From an uncultured Actinomycetota bacterium (GTDB taxonomy: Bacteria; Actinomycetota; Actinomycetes; JAFAQI01), in contig CAVYQE010000001.1 of NCBI GenBank assembly GCA_963770565.1, positions 544,001-608,000 on the forward strand: 64,000 nt of DNA. Direction: 5' to 3'. Shown in pieces: positions 63,385 through 64,000 of the stretch; the first letter of the stretch is position 1, and each line of letters begins with the position of its first letter. Both the position numbers and the translations under genes were made by a program. The notes under the pieces were generated by a model. That model ran no database searches, was not told the DNA's origin, and was given only the letters and a program-made list of their open reading frames with translations.

Positions 63385-64000
63385 GTGAGCACTCGCGTCG
63401 TCATGGTGACCGGGGTCTCCCGTTACCAGGGCGGCCTGCTGGCGGCGCGACTGTCCGAGGACGACTCGATCGAACGGGTGATCGGGGTCGATGTCGAGCC
63501 GCCGAAGAACGATGTCGGCCGGACCGAGTTCGTTCGGGCCGACATCCGCAACCCGATCATCGCGAAGGTCATCGCGTCGGCGAAGGTCGACACGGTCGTC
63601 CACCTGAGCGTGATCGCGACGCCGTTCGGCGCCGGTGGCCGGACCGCGATGAAGGAGATCAACGTCATCGGCACCATGCAGCTGCTCGCCGCCTGCCAGA
63701 AGGCGCCGAGCGTGCGGAAGCTCGTGGTGAAGTCGACGACCGCGGTCTACGGCTCGTCCTCGCGCGACCCGGCGTTGTTCACCGAGGACATGGAACCCCG
63801 GGCGCTGCCACGGTCCGGCTACGCCAAGGACTCGGTCGAGGTCGAGGGCTATGTGCGAGGTCTCGGGCGCCGCCGGCCGGACATCGACGTGACGTTGCTC
63901 CGCTTCGCAAACTTCATCGGCCCCAACATCGACACCCCGCTGACCCGCTACTTCTCGCTGCCGGTGGTGCCGACCGTGTTCGGCTTCGACCCGCGGCTTC
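63385..64000 (+). CDS. NAD-dependent epimerase/dehydratase (Rv0501-like), runs off the window end
   Basis: Manual translation from GTG 63385: VSTRVVMVTGVSRY...RADIRNP...KEINVIGTMQLLAAC...AVYG; no stop before the window end. Confidence 0.88.
   Translation, partial: MSTRVVMVTGVSRYQGGLLAARLSEDDSIERVIGVDVEPPKNDVGRTEFVRADIRNPIIAKVIASAKVDTVVHLSVIATPFGAGGRTAMKEINVIGTMQLLAACQKAPSVRKLVVKSTTAVYGSSSRDPALFTEDMEPRALPRSGYAKDSVEVEGYVRGLGRRRPDIDVTLLRFANFIGPNIDTPLTRYFSLPVVPTVFGFDPRL

Overview
High-GC actinobacterial chromosomal segment. Its gene order resembles the conserved Streptomyces/Frankia/Mycobacterium core region; the taxon cannot be fixed from sequence alone. The backbone is mostly housekeeping: DUF1998-type helicase, bldG and anti-sigma, hppA, topA, MFS-tmk fusion, holB, peptidase, tRNA-Thr; ppa, dacB, tilS, hpt, ftsH, folP/B/K; panC, coaX, lysS, lsr2, clpC; mutY, disA, radA; proline dehydrogenase, proC, acuC, bS22, epimerase. 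Accessory or unusual content: (i) a translationally coupled cheB-cheR(TPR)-cheW cassette with no MCP, CheA or output, inserted in the mutY-disA locus behind a sigma28-like promoter; (ii) a stand-alone, active-site-divergent NuoD near a MidA/NDUFAF7-type methyltransferase, separated by an ABC exporter/two-component insertion; (iii) a DUF62/SAM-halogenase-family protein with altered catalytic motifs; (iv) an ECF sigma/ZAS anti-sigma pair with back-to-back twin promoter motifs; (v) five unrelated intergenic palindromic or tandem repeat elements; (vi) three single-base frameshifts that may be assembly errors. No CRISPR, integrase, transposase or rRNA was seen. All assignments come from motif recognition by eye; no database searches were run.
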